A stretch of 64,000 nt of DNA from Blastocystis sp. Blastoise. Taxonomy: Eukaryota > Protista > Bigyra: Opalinata. Shown one piece after another: positions 1-24,496 of this stretch. Within the stretch, counting starts at the first letter, position 1. The number at the start of each line of letters is the position of its first letter. The notes below the pieces were generated by a model that saw only the letters and a list, made by a program, of their open reading frames with translations, had not been told where the DNA came from and made no database searches. Position numbers and translations under genes: made by a program. Where the stretch lies: the NCBI GenBank assembly GCA_039096225.1, contig JBBPEB010000003.1, positions 1,116,001 to 1,180,000 on the forward strand, written 5' to 3'.

Positions 1-5020
<5,020 letters not shown>

Positions 5021-5287
5021 CTTTCCTATAATAGATTTTTCAATAAATTAATATTCCTTTTTAATAACAAACAATAAATAAGGCTTCAAAAAAAAATATT
5101 TTTCTTTTTTGCTGATTTTTATGTAAGATACTTTTCAGTTGATTGACACATTTTTTTTAAATCTTGTTATCTTCACCATCATACACTTATTATTAGAGAA
5201 ATATAGCTTTATTTTGAATATTTCATACATCCTACATTATTTTAAGTCGGTACACATTCTTTCTGTTGTTCTTGTATATTAAAACTA

Positions 5288-11794
<6,507 letters not shown>

Positions 11795-12525
11795 TTTTCA
11801 AAAACTTCTTGTTCCATCATTTTTGTAACTTATTGATTTATTATTTCTCATATACTATTTTTTTTTATCTTTTCCATTTTTTATAAGTAGTTTTTATATG
11901 ATAAACGTGTTTGTTTTTCAATTAGATTTTGTCTTTAATGGATCACATATATACTATCTAAAAAAACAGAACAAAAATTTATAAATCACAACAAATATAC
12001 ATTTTTCATGGATTTATAGAATTAAGAAATATCCTGTTCTGTATTTATACTAATTTCTTCTTTATGTTTAGCATTTATAATGAGAAACAAACGATTGAGA
12101 AGATGATTTCATCAAAATACAAAACAAATTGTCTTAAAGGAATATACCACAACACTAGTCAATACATATATTTACATCAACCATCAAACAACTATATATT
12201 CAACGACATTGGACACAATAAATGAAAAAAAGATATCCAAAATCTATCTGAATTTTTCTGATTTCTCTGAAACATTCAAAATGATTTATTTTATGGGGAT
12301 TCCATGAAAATAGGTCAGAAACCAGAGAAAATCACGATATTCGTCTTATAGGATGGGAAACTGAATATTTTTGACAAAGTAAGATTCTGGAACAAGAGTA
12401 AATATGATAATCATAAACTTTTAGAAATCACTTGACAAAAGAGTTGTTTTTTATTTTGTTGTTTCTTTACTTTAAGACCAGATAGTCATATAATTATAAT
12501 TTTTTTTTTGAGATTAGGTGTGAGA

Positions 12526-13224
12526 ATGAATGATTCTGATGTTCAAAAGCAAATAAAGCAAATGTGCGATTTTATTCTTCAAGAAGCACGTGAAAAAGCT
12601 AATGAAATTACTGTAAAGACTGAAGAAGAGTATCAAATTGATTTAGCAAATCAAACTCAAGCTGGAAAGCAAAAGGTTAAGGAAGAATATGCTTTGAAAG
12701 AAAAGAATCTTGATGTTCAAAAGCGTATTATGCAGTCTACTGAAGCTACTAAACAAAAGACTCGTATGCTTATTGCTCGTGAACAATTATTAGTTGATCT
12801 TCTTCGTGAAACTAAAGAGAAGTTAAGTCATATTGCTGATAATACTGAGCAATATAAAAATCTTATTAAACAATTAATTATTCAAGGATTAATTAAAATA
12901 GAAGAAAATGATGTAACTATTCGTTGTCGTCAAGTTGATTTAGAATTAGTTAAATCTATTGTTCCTGAAGCATTAAATGAATATAATACGATTATTAAAA
13001 ATGAATGTAAAATAGATTCTACTGTTTCTATTAAAGTTAATGAAGAATCGAATAAGATGTTACCTCCTCCACCTGGTGAATCTGCTATTTCTTGTTCTGG
13101 TGGTATTGTATTAGAAGGACATAATGGAAGAATTGTTTTAGAAAATACTTTTGATTCACGTCTTGATATTTGTTTCCATGATATTAAACCTATTATACGT
13201 AAAATATTATTCCCTGAGAATTAA
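12526..13224 (+). CDS. ATP6V1E: V-type proton ATPase subunit E, intronless
   Basis: MNDSDVQKQIKQMCDFILQEAREKANEI...CSGGIVLEGHNGRIVLENTFDSRL...IRKILF is the canonical Vma4/ATP6V1E pattern. First ATG is 12526; the ORF track starts at an upstream TTG. Confidence 0.97.
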   Translation: MNDSDVQKQIKQMCDFILQEAREKANEITVKTEEEYQIDLANQTQAGKQKVKEEYALKEKNLDVQKRIMQSTEATKQKTRMLIAREQLLVDLLRETKEKLSHIADNTEQYKNLIKQLIIQGLIKIEENDVTIRCRQVDLELVKSIVPEALNEYNTIIKNECKIDSTVSIKVNEESNKMLPPPPGESAISCSGGIVLEGHNGRIVLENTFDSRLDICFHDIKPIIRKILFPEN

Positions 13225-14786
13225 ATGATTGAGTACTAAGTTCTCTATCCTGCTTTTATATTTTATTTATTATTTTTTTTTAACTTTTCTTCTTCATTTG
13301 TTATATCTCTTTCTATGTATAACAAATCTATTGTAGTTTTATTTTATATTCTCTAGTTTGGTTTATTTTTATTTTCATTTGTATTTTCTTATTACACAAA
13401 TATTCACTTGCTAACTATAGTATGTTGTTTTGTTTAAATATATTTTTCAATTATGTAAAAATTGTTCTCTTTTATGATAGAAGGGTTTGTTTTGTGTTGG
13501 GGATATAATCTTATTTATTATAGGGACATTCTAAAAATGAATAATGATATAATTTGTTTTTTCAAAAAATGTAATCACTAAATACTTTATAAGACATGAT
13601 TATAAAAAGTATATTTGGAATAAATACAATATGAAGTTGGTGTTTTTATGTGAAGTAAGATATCAATTCAAAATAATTGATTTACTAACTTTCTCTTTGA
13701 AGGAATATAAGTTTATGAAAGAATAATTTGTTGTTCGCTGTATATAATACACATTTTTTGAGAAATAATTGCTTGTTTTAAATAAAATTTTTATTTGTTT
13801 CATTAAAAATATATTTAGTTGCTTTTCTTTTTTATATTTTTTTCTATTTTTAGATTGTTTTTGTGGTTTTTTGTTCTGATTTATAATAATTAAACATTCA
13901 TATGATAATACAACACATAATTATATGTTATACTAAATAATTTTTATATGTAATTTCAAAAATTCTTAATTGATGATAATAAATTGTGCTTGATTTCAAT
14001 ATTAGAAACGTTCATATGATAGATATACATTACAGTTGTATATATACATGAAATATATCAATTATTAGGTATATTATTATCACTTTTATACAAAGTATAT
14101 TATAATACGAAATAGATTAGTACTATTATAAATATATATAAAAGAAATAGTTATCATATATATTAGTCTGATTATTGTTCATAAAAACAAGTATATGTAA
14201 TATATTTTGACCATATTATTGATGTTAAATAGTAGCCTGATAATAAAGAGTTTATTATATATATATTTCATATGAATTATTTAGAATACCAATATATATA
14301 TAATAATAGACTGATTTAAGATCTCAGTTCTTGATAAACATATTTATTTCTTATTCATTTATATAGTAATAAGTATCACTAATAGTGTATCTATTTTTTA
14401 AATATAAATTATGAATTTATCATACCCACACTTTATATATTTTTATTATTTATGAAAAATAGAATTAATAATATCTTATATTAATTGAAACGTAATATTT
14501 TTTCTTTGGTTTATTCTTCGTTATAGCTTAAATATATTTTTTATTCAATTAATTTTGTTTTTCATTTGTGATTCAAATGTATATAATTAAAAAAGAGCTT
14601 TAATATACTTAGTGTTGTTTACATACTATATTTACAACTGATATCTGCAATATAGTATAAAAATAAGCCAAAGCTTATTAATTAAATAAAAGATACATAA
14701 CAAGAATTGATATTAAATACATAAAAAAAATGAAATAATATATATAATTAGAATCTTAATAGATATAATAGTATATTTTTAAATAT

Positions 14787-16451
14787 TTAAAGTCTTCCCC
14801 ATACTTCGTATTCTTCTATTTCAAAATTATTCTGTTCTTGAAAATAATAGCAATCATTTACAAATAAAGATGATTTTTGAGGAGTATCAGTTGTTGCGAA
14901 TGACACTGATTTACAGTAATTACCAGGATTAGAACGAAGTCCATCTATTGTAATATCATTAAATCCAAATACAGGACCATGAGAAGCATGACAATATATG
15001 CCATGTCTTGTATTACTTGACGTATATTCATATTTAGTAGGAGGAATATTATATTCATTACTTAATGTAAACACAAATTCTTTAGAATAAGACTTCCAGT
15101 CTATATATATATATATTTAATCATATTAAAATTATAATATATATATCTATAATCATATTATAATTATAATATATATACCTATAATTATATTATAATATAT
15201 ATATACCACCCCACGACGTATCACTAGACCAACTTTGATCTGTATATCCCCCCAAATATATTCATATGATTATTATGACCTTTACTTTTGATTAAAATGA
15301 CTGTTTCTCCTTTATCATCACAATATTTATGGAATTCTAGTGAAGAATAATTATGTTCACTTGCTCTATATATATATATATATTTAAAAAAACATAAATA
15401 TAAATATACCTAAATAATAATTTCCATTTCTTTTCTTTACCAAGCCAATTTACTAATGGAGTTTCAAAATAACCTCTATCAATAATATTCATATTAATAA
15501 AAACTTGTCTTATACTAATCATTCCTTCATGAATAGCATCTACTCCTTGATCACCAAATAACTCATACATTTCACATTTGAACATATTTCGATCTATTTC
15601 ATTTATTTATCTGGTTGAATATTCATAAATCCATCATTTACATATTGATATATATATTCAATATATTCATATTCCTTTTTCATATATAAACTATCTTCTA
15701 TATGATTATAATCAATAAATCCATTATCATAATCCATAACATAATTATTCCATAAGCCATTCTTTACTAAATATTCTTTAATAATATCATTTTTCTTTCC
15801 ATTAATAATCAAACTTATTTCATCTCCTTCTTCATATTTCTTCTTCTTTCGATCTCTTCTTTCTCTACAAGCAACCAAATCTATAGGAATCACTAAACCA
15901 CAAAATTCAAATAAATCTAATATTTTTAATTGTTCTTCATAAGAAACTGAATCAAAATCTACTTTCTTTCCATTCAAATAATCTAACAAATAATAAACAG
16001 TAGCATCATTTCCAGGATAATCCAGATATATGCATCCATCATTTGTCCTAAGTTCTTCATCACGCTGCTCTTCAATAAAAGAACCTTTCAACGAATCTAA
16101 AACACATTTAGATATTGGAAAAACAGGTCCACGATTTGTAAATTGAATCCAATCGATTTCTTCATCACACTTATCAAGATGCTTACGCTTATTTTTATAA
16201 TTATTTTCAACAGTTTCTTCAGGGAAATCATCAAAAACAGAAATAGAAGGTGATATCTTAGGTTTAATTTCAATGTAAAAATCTCTAATATGTTTTGTAA
16301 GTCCATTAATAAATTTTTCAGAATGTATACCAAGATTCATCACTGATCCAAATACATTAACTACATCTTTCATCAATTCTTCATATACATTGATATCCTC
16401 CTTCAATCTATTGAATTTATCACTATCAAATAGCACCTTTTCTTTTACCAT
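14787..16451 (-). pseudogene. BTB/POZ-like + TLDc domain gene carrying two frameshifts (pseudogene or homopolymer assembly errors)
   Basis: Collinear with paralog 32281..33904 (WKLLFR|ASEH, FHKYCDDKGETV, IFGGYTDQSW, FVFTL, GPVFG, EEYEVWG). One A is missing at about 15603 (GAT AAA TAA) and there is an extra G in a G6 run at 15248-15253. Confidence 0.75.
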
Positions 16452-17946
16452 TAATGAAATAATGCGAATTAATTAAGTATTGTTATTTCCCCTGTTTATT
16501 TATGTTTTTTCTATTAATTTTTTTTGTTTCCTTGTTATTCTCTTATTATACATATAGAATTATTAACATTATTTTTAATAATTAATAATTAATATGATCT
16601 ACAAAAAACTGCTAAGAATTCCTTTATATAAATGATTTATTGTGGATCTTCGCTTCATTAGTTATTTTAAATAGATAATTGAATATTAATTAAAAATATA
16701 GATGATACTAGAAACAGAACTGTATGTCTAATCAATTTATATTTCTAGCTTAATTTACATTTTGATTAATAAGTCTCTTATTTTGCATATATACCTTTTT
16801 ATTTTTATTTATAATATATCCATACTTTTTTATTTGATAACTACTACTTATCTATAAGTGAATAACTCTATTCTTTTGTTAATCATTCCTGATTTCTGAC
16901 TATATTTAATACATTCTTATTTATTTTTATATCATATTTATGTAATATGTTTCTATTACTCATATTGAATCACTTCCATAGTCTCTTGATAAAATTATCG
17001 TCCTGTGCTTTTTATCTCCTTCTTCTTACTCTTCTATTTCTATTGTATATTATTTTATTCCCTATATATTTTATAAAATAATTGATTTAGACATCTAAAT
17101 TATCATATTCATATAGATAATATATTATCTATATATGTGATGATTAACAACTATCTTTGATATTTTATTCAATAAGCTATTATTGGTAATAGAAATATAT
17201 ATTGTTTATATGTCGCTTATATATTAATAGATACATATGTGAATTAAATATAATTTTATTTTACCTATAATTAATCCATAATTCTCAAATAATATTCTGT
17301 GTTTAAAATTATTTAATATTATAATCTAATAAGAATTTAAATCATAAAATATTTTATTACTCTCAATGCATTTTGATAAAAAAATATTTCTTACAAATAT
17401 ATATAATAATGTAATTATGGTTAGATTCATCGTATTTCTCTTTGATTATATAACTAATATTTCATATAAACTATTCTATATAGAAAACGAAAAATATATT
17501 TCATTAAATCATACATTTTGATTGTTTTAGAACACTTTTTAGCGAATCTTTATTTAAACACTAAAATATTATATAAAAAGAATGTAAATTTAACAAAAAA
17601 TATAGTTAGAATCTCATTTATTATCTTATTATATTAATTAAAATGTTTATCAAGAAGCCATTCACTTTTTTATATTATATACAACAAATTAAAAACAGTT
17701 TTAACAATACATAAAGATGTTATTCAATAATTATAATTTTGTAGAATGATTTATAAAGTTAAAACTTCATAAATATTATACATTAAATTCATAATACATA
17801 TTAAATAGTATTCTATTATATGTATGTCATGTATATATGTTATAAGCAATATACTTTGTTTATTCATTAATATTTTTCTATTTTAAAATAAATCATGAAG
17901 AAATATTAATAAAATTTTATATATACTTTATATAAACGTTAATAAA

Positions 17947-18120
17947 TAAAAAAATAATAATGATAAGAAATTGATAAAAAAAATAATAATGATAAGAAAT
18001 TGATAAAAAAAATAATAATGATAAGAAATTGATAAAAAAAATAATAATGATAAGAAATTGATAAAAAAAATAATAATGATAAGAAATTGATAAAAAAAAT
18101 AATAATAACAAGAAATTGAT
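17947..18120. repeat. 29-bp minisatellite (AAAAAAAATAATAATGATAAGAAATTGAT), about 6 copies
   Basis: Direct reading; immediately downstream of the stop of the gene ending at 18165. Confidence 0.92.
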
Positions 18121-18164
18121 TAAAATAATAATAATATAAACTATACATATATAATTCAAGAGAA

Positions 18165-19603
18165 TTAATGAAATATACCAAATGTATAATCTACATGATT
18201 TTTCTGAATAAATGACGAATCATTCAATTGCTGTTTATACACAGTAATTTTTTCATCTGAAATATCATAATCTATATGATATTATTAATATTAAAAATAT
18301 ATACATACACATAACAAACAAGAACTCTTTCAATTTTGGAAATTTTCCAGTAGTAATACATTTAGTAAGTTTTGATAATTGTTCCTTATCATAAATATAT
18401 AATGCTAAACTTCTTATATTTTGAGTTTTATTTTGATTTATACAATCAAATATTGTTTCTATCTCATATTTATTCATCTCTTCATCTTTTGTACCAATAA
18501 TTGTATTTATAAATGAATTACTATCATATTTACATCGAAGAATTGAATTATTTGGGTCATAAATATAATCATCATCACTGTTATCTTTATATACTATAGA
18601 ATAACAATAGTTATGAATATGAATAGAATCATTTTATTTATGACATACTTCTTAATCGGACAATACTTGATGATAGAAAGTTACTATTAGTCATATATCT
18701 ACAAAATATATCAATAAAAGGACTCCACCATTCTATATTGTGATATTGATCTATATATACATGTATTATTTTATAAAAATAATTATTATATAAAGAAATA
18801 TTTTTACAGAAATATATATGATTCATAATAAAGAAAAAACATTATTATTAAAATATATACAAATATTGATAGATTTTAATTGAGGGAAATTATCTTTAGT
18901 ATATAGTTTACAAAAATTATCATCTGGTATATCATTAATATCTAAATTAATATTTATAAAAAGATTAGAATGAAATGTAATATATTATAGGTAAAACATT
19001 AAATTAATTTAATATATATATACCTAGAATCAATTGAGTTGTTTTATGGAAACAACCTTTAGGAATTAATCGATTTATAAAAGTCATAGTACATTCTAAT
19101 CATAATAGTTAAAGATTAATTGAATAAACTATCTTTACAAAAATAATTATATAAATAATTACCTTTTATTGTAATAATAGAAGCCTTAGAAATTAACTTC
19201 TCTAATATATTTTCATAGGCTGTTAAAGCCTCTGATGATGAATTTTCTTCCATAGAACTTACTATATATATATTCATATGTTTTATAATATAATATACAA
19301 TCAATTTCTAATTTAAGAATATTATTAAATTTATTGTCATTAAATAGAGTTGATATCCATGTTAAATATTCTATACTTATATTCTCATCAACTATAGATA
19401 TTAAACATAGAATAATAATCTATTTAAAGAAAAAATATACATAAAACATCTAAATTATTCAAATGTTTTAATATATCACTATTTAAGAATCTTTCTAAAG
19501 AATTTCTGACATCAATTTTATTTTGATCATGATCATGATCATTATCTTCTTTATCTTTATCTTCATCTTCATCATCATCTTCATCATCATCATCATCATC
19601 ATT

Positions 19604-19635
<32 letters not shown>

Positions 19636-20314
19636 TATCATCATCTATAAATGAATAAATATTAGTATTATTATTATATATCAACTATATATTTATTAAT
19701 ATATTTTATACATACCAATAAACGCTAAATCTAAACTATCAATACTTTGATTATTATTTTCAATAGACTCAAACAAATTTATATTTTCAGAACGAGAAGA
19801 ACGAACTGGAAAAAAATAGTATATGAAATATATAATATAAAATTAAAAATTAAAAGAATAAAGAGTATTTCATACTTGAAAGATAATCAATTGAAATCAG
19901 CTTTTTAGCTAATAATTTATTTAGATGCGGGAAATAACAAATAAAATAATCTATATTATAAATAAATAAATATAATTAATTATATATATAGTATTATAAT
20001 CTTAAATGTAAAAATATAGATAATATACATAATTATACCATTTATATTAATATGAATTGAATGAGTATAAACTATTTCATCCAAACGAAGAGCTATTTCT
20101 TCTTCTTTATCATAATCAATATTATGTATACGAATAGTATCAATCATAGACATTAAATTAATAGAAAATAGAGAATCAAAATTCTTTGTAGCTAAATTAA
20201 GAATAATAATTTATTTATTAATATATTAATATACTTATTATAATGTCGTAAGTGATAATATGTAATTTAGGGAAGCATTCTTTCTTTATTGAAGATAATT
20301 GGAAAGATTCTATA

Positions 20315-20349
<35 letters not shown>

Positions 20350-21587
20350 TATATATATACCATCATCATTATTATCATCATCTTCATCATCATCATTATC
20401 TTTTTTATCTTTATCTTCATCTTCATCATCATCATTATCATTATCATCATCATCTTCATCTTCATCATCATCTTCATCATCATCATATATGAGTTCAGTA
20501 ACATTTGGAAATACATGAGTTGCCATTATTTTGTTAAATAAATTCTCATCAATTTTATTTGCTAATTTCTTAACTATGTAGAATTATTATATTAATAATA
20601 ATAATTTAAAAAGAATATACTTAATTCAATATTTAATGTAGTTAAAGAATCAATAACACCTTCTTCAAATAATTTCATAAAAAACATAGGATCAATTTGA
20701 TGATATAAATCTAAAATAAATTATTATATATATATATATGTATATGTATATATATACATTCATCAAAAATGATTTTTGAAATACACAAATATGATGGAAG
20801 AAGTAATAATTGAGATATACAATGCTTAGTATATACTTTATCAATTCTATTTAATATATTAGTATAAAATAATAATAAAAAAATATATATATAATTATTT
20901 ACATGAATGTTTTATCATTTGTTTTTTCTATATATAATAATAATAAAATATATGATTCTATATATATACCATCATATTCAATTCTGACTTCATCATCTAA
21001 TGTATATTCATTTTCTGTTTTATTAATGTCTATTTGAGAGTAATCATTTGTATATATAGCTTCATTAACAATATGTTTATATAATTTAGGTAATTCATTC
21101 TTATCTCTTCTTTCAGCAACAGTGTCAATCAAATCACGGGAATAATATAATTTATTACGATCTAAAGAAGAAGAAATCTTATTATATTCATTCATCTCTG
21201 ATTCAGCATAATACTCATATTCTTCAGGATTAATTATTTCATAATCATATTCATTAAATAAGCGATTATATTCCATTATATATTCATCACTATTTGGATT
21301 TAATAATAGTTCAGTTTTATTATAATGCGTTGTTACTATATATATATATAATGAAATATATATATATACCATTTATTTCTAATTTTTCTAATGAATGGAA
21401 TATATCTTTAATACACGATGGACATATATATTCTATTGGAATATTCGAAGAATAAGCATCTATATATATTTTACTATTTATATTATATTATATATATATA
21501 CATATAATTTCAACTCTAGTAATATTCATCATTTTAAAAAGAAGAGAATAATATAATAATTCATCTTTTCGTTTAGGTGTTAATAAT

Positions 21588-21629
<42 letters not shown>

Positions 21630-22125
21630 ATTAAAACATATTTCTTTCTTTTCTAAATTAAATAATTCAATAGGCATACATTCTTTTATGATACAGTTAA
21701 TATATACATATACATCATAATTATTGTCTTTCAAATATTTATAAAATAATCCTTTAACATGATATAATAAATCACTTTGAATTTCTTTATCAATCTTAAC
21801 TGAGTATTCAATAAGTGTTTGATATATATCATAACTATCTTTCAAATTTAATGAAAATATATCCATGTTATCTGCCATTAAAAAAGAAATCACTCTTTCA
21901 ATATGAAAAGGAAGCATATCTATATAATAAGTACCATCATCATATTTCTCAAAGTTTTTAATGATATCATGAAAGGGAAATTCTTGATATTTCTCAATAA
22001 AATCTTTTGGAATGCATATTTGTGCATCATCCTGGAATGTAAATAAATCTAGAAATAGATTAAGGTATTATTAATCGTATTCAAATACATTTATCTTCAG
22101 TTAATCGAAATTCTGTTGTAGACAT
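18165..22125 (-). CDS. BTB-like N-terminal domain + LRR-like repeat protein with poly-Asp inserts (expanded family), multi-exon
   Basis: ATG 22125 (MSTTEFRLTEDK|YLFTFQDDAQICIPKDFIEKY...DGTYYIDMLPFHIERVISFL) is BTB-like. Repeated FPNVTEL, FPKLHII, FPHLNKL, FPQLKSI and FPKLKEF units are LRR-like. Last exon ...NHVDYTFGIFH-TAA. Confidence 0.7.
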
Positions 22126-24496
22126 TACTTGAATTCAACTATAATTACAGAAGGATAATATGTTATTATTCTTAAAAGATATATCTTTATATAAGCAACT
22201 AATAAATACTTTAAGAATTGTTTAATAAATAATAAATAGAATGAATTATTAGAACTAAACATAAATCTTGTCGAAAAGATTGTATTCATGAAAATTTAAA
22301 AAATGACTTGACATGACAAGAGTTTCCACGGTTTTTACTCAGTCTTTTTCAGATAAACTTATTTGAGATTCATGAAGATTTCAGAAAGAAAACATATTAT
22401 TCACTTTTTCAAAGCATATTATTTGTATTCACTTAAAATAAGATTCTCCTTATGTTTCTACCATGATGTATAATATATATATTCTCAATAAAATTAAAAA
22501 TAGTTGTAATTATATCAATCAAGTTGCTGAAATGGAGTATATACTTTATTTAGATTATTAAGATTATATAGACAGGTGATGTTGCAATCAAATATATTAA
22601 TTATTCTTTCAAACACTATATTTTTAAAAATCAAATTAATAAAAATGAATGATATTTGGCTTAAAATATCATTTTAATGTCTATTAAAATGTGAAATATA
22701 TTTTATATATGTAATGATTATCAAAGGAACATTATTCGTATGTTCTGAAGTGAAATCACATTAAATATATCTACTCTCTTCAAATCTAATTAAATTATTA
22801 TATTTAAAATTATCTACTCTTTTCTTTATAAAAATTAAAATATAATTAGTGTTAATTGCGTTTAAACTCTTCTATTAAATGAAATGCAATATGAAGTTGT
22901 ATGTATTATTTGTGCTGTTAATAGGTATATCACTAAATTTCTTTCTTTCTATACCATTACAGATATTCAAAATTTTTTATATTTAATTTATTTCTACATA
23001 TCTAATCATTTAACTCTTTCTCTCAAGTATATTATCTTTAAAAGAAAGATATATTTTATTAATATTTTTAAATATATATTCAATATGTTTTGTATAATAC
23101 TATTTTCTTATGAGCTCTATGATATATAAAATAGATATATATATACTTATTAATATGTATAAATAACCTATTTAATTCTATTGGTATGTATAATATATTC
23201 TAAATAAAACAATATAACAGATTACTTACTCTCTAAAATATATATAATTAAATCTATAGATAATAATATAAACAATAATAACATGATAAAAATAGATAAC
23301 TATTCTTTCTTTAACAAAAATTATTTATCAGTTTGTTATCATATCATTGCAAATAATAGATTCATAACAATTATCAATAAAGTAATAAAATAGTTGTATT
23401 AGTGGTATAATTCTATAGTTATTAATAAACAAAAGTAAAGTTTAACTGAACATATCAATTAAATAGTTTTAAAAAAGTGAATTAAGTCAATGAAAATCTT
23501 ATTAGAATACGTGTTATAACCCATTATTTACTACTTTAACAAAAACATATATAATAGTAGCATCTTGATTTTAAAAAGAATTATTAGTGAAATTAGTGAG
23601 AAATACTTTGTGAATCTTTTAAAAACTCAATCAAATATATATATTAATATCTATTACTTTTATATAAATTATTCATGAAATATAACTCATAAAAAGATAT
23701 ATACTGATACTAACAAAACAAAATAGTAGAGTTGAATCTCGAACAATAAAAAGAATAGACAATTATATTGTTATGAAAAGATATATATATTAAAAAAGAA
23801 AAGAAATATAAGGTTAAGTATGAATATCAAGAATTCTATGAATAAAAAAATTTGATAGAATTATGTTTTGAGTAATAAGAGAAGTATATCAAGAAAGAAA
23901 ACAGCAAGATATATCTATAGTATTTGGGAATAAGTAAAATGAAATATTGTATGATGATAATAGTATTATTAATTATACAATGCTTCTATATGTATATAAA
24001 TAATAAGAATAATAATAGATATTGATATGAAAATATATATGATATATAGGTAATATAGATATAGTTACATAATATAAAATAATAAAGGAATATCATCATA
24101 AAAAATGAATAAAAATTTATATATAATTTAATAAAAATCGCTATTCCAAATAAAAGAATATATAATGAAAGAGAATGAAATATATAAAATATGAATAGTT
24201 ATTAGTATGTTTATATAAAAGAGTGTATGTAAATGTATTAATGTAATTTTTATTAATAATTAAATATAAAGAAATTTATTATATGCAAACAATATAGAAT
24301 TAAATATATATATATACATTGAAAAAAGATTTATATGCGAGTTAAAGAAAATATATATGAAATTTAAAATGTAAGAATATCATAATAAATAAAAGAGATG
24401 TGTATAAAATAAATAATGAAATGATTTAAGAAGATTATACTATAATCATTAGTATATATATGGAGAGATACTATTTGAACTAATCATAGTATTCTA

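Noticed and set aside
15598-15610. Euplotes-style programmed frameshift at AAA TAA
   Set aside because: Single instance that needs -1/+2 rather than the usual +1. The paralog is uninterrupted and the same gene has a second homopolymer indel.
17947-18120. CRISPR-like array
   Set aside because: Head-to-tail tandem repeat with no unique spacers, no cas genes, and a eukaryotic context.
22560-23260. Degenerate repeats (e.g. TATCTACTCT) suggesting a transposon remnant
   Set aside because: The matches are short and AT-rich, with no terminal inverted repeats, target-site duplication or transposase.
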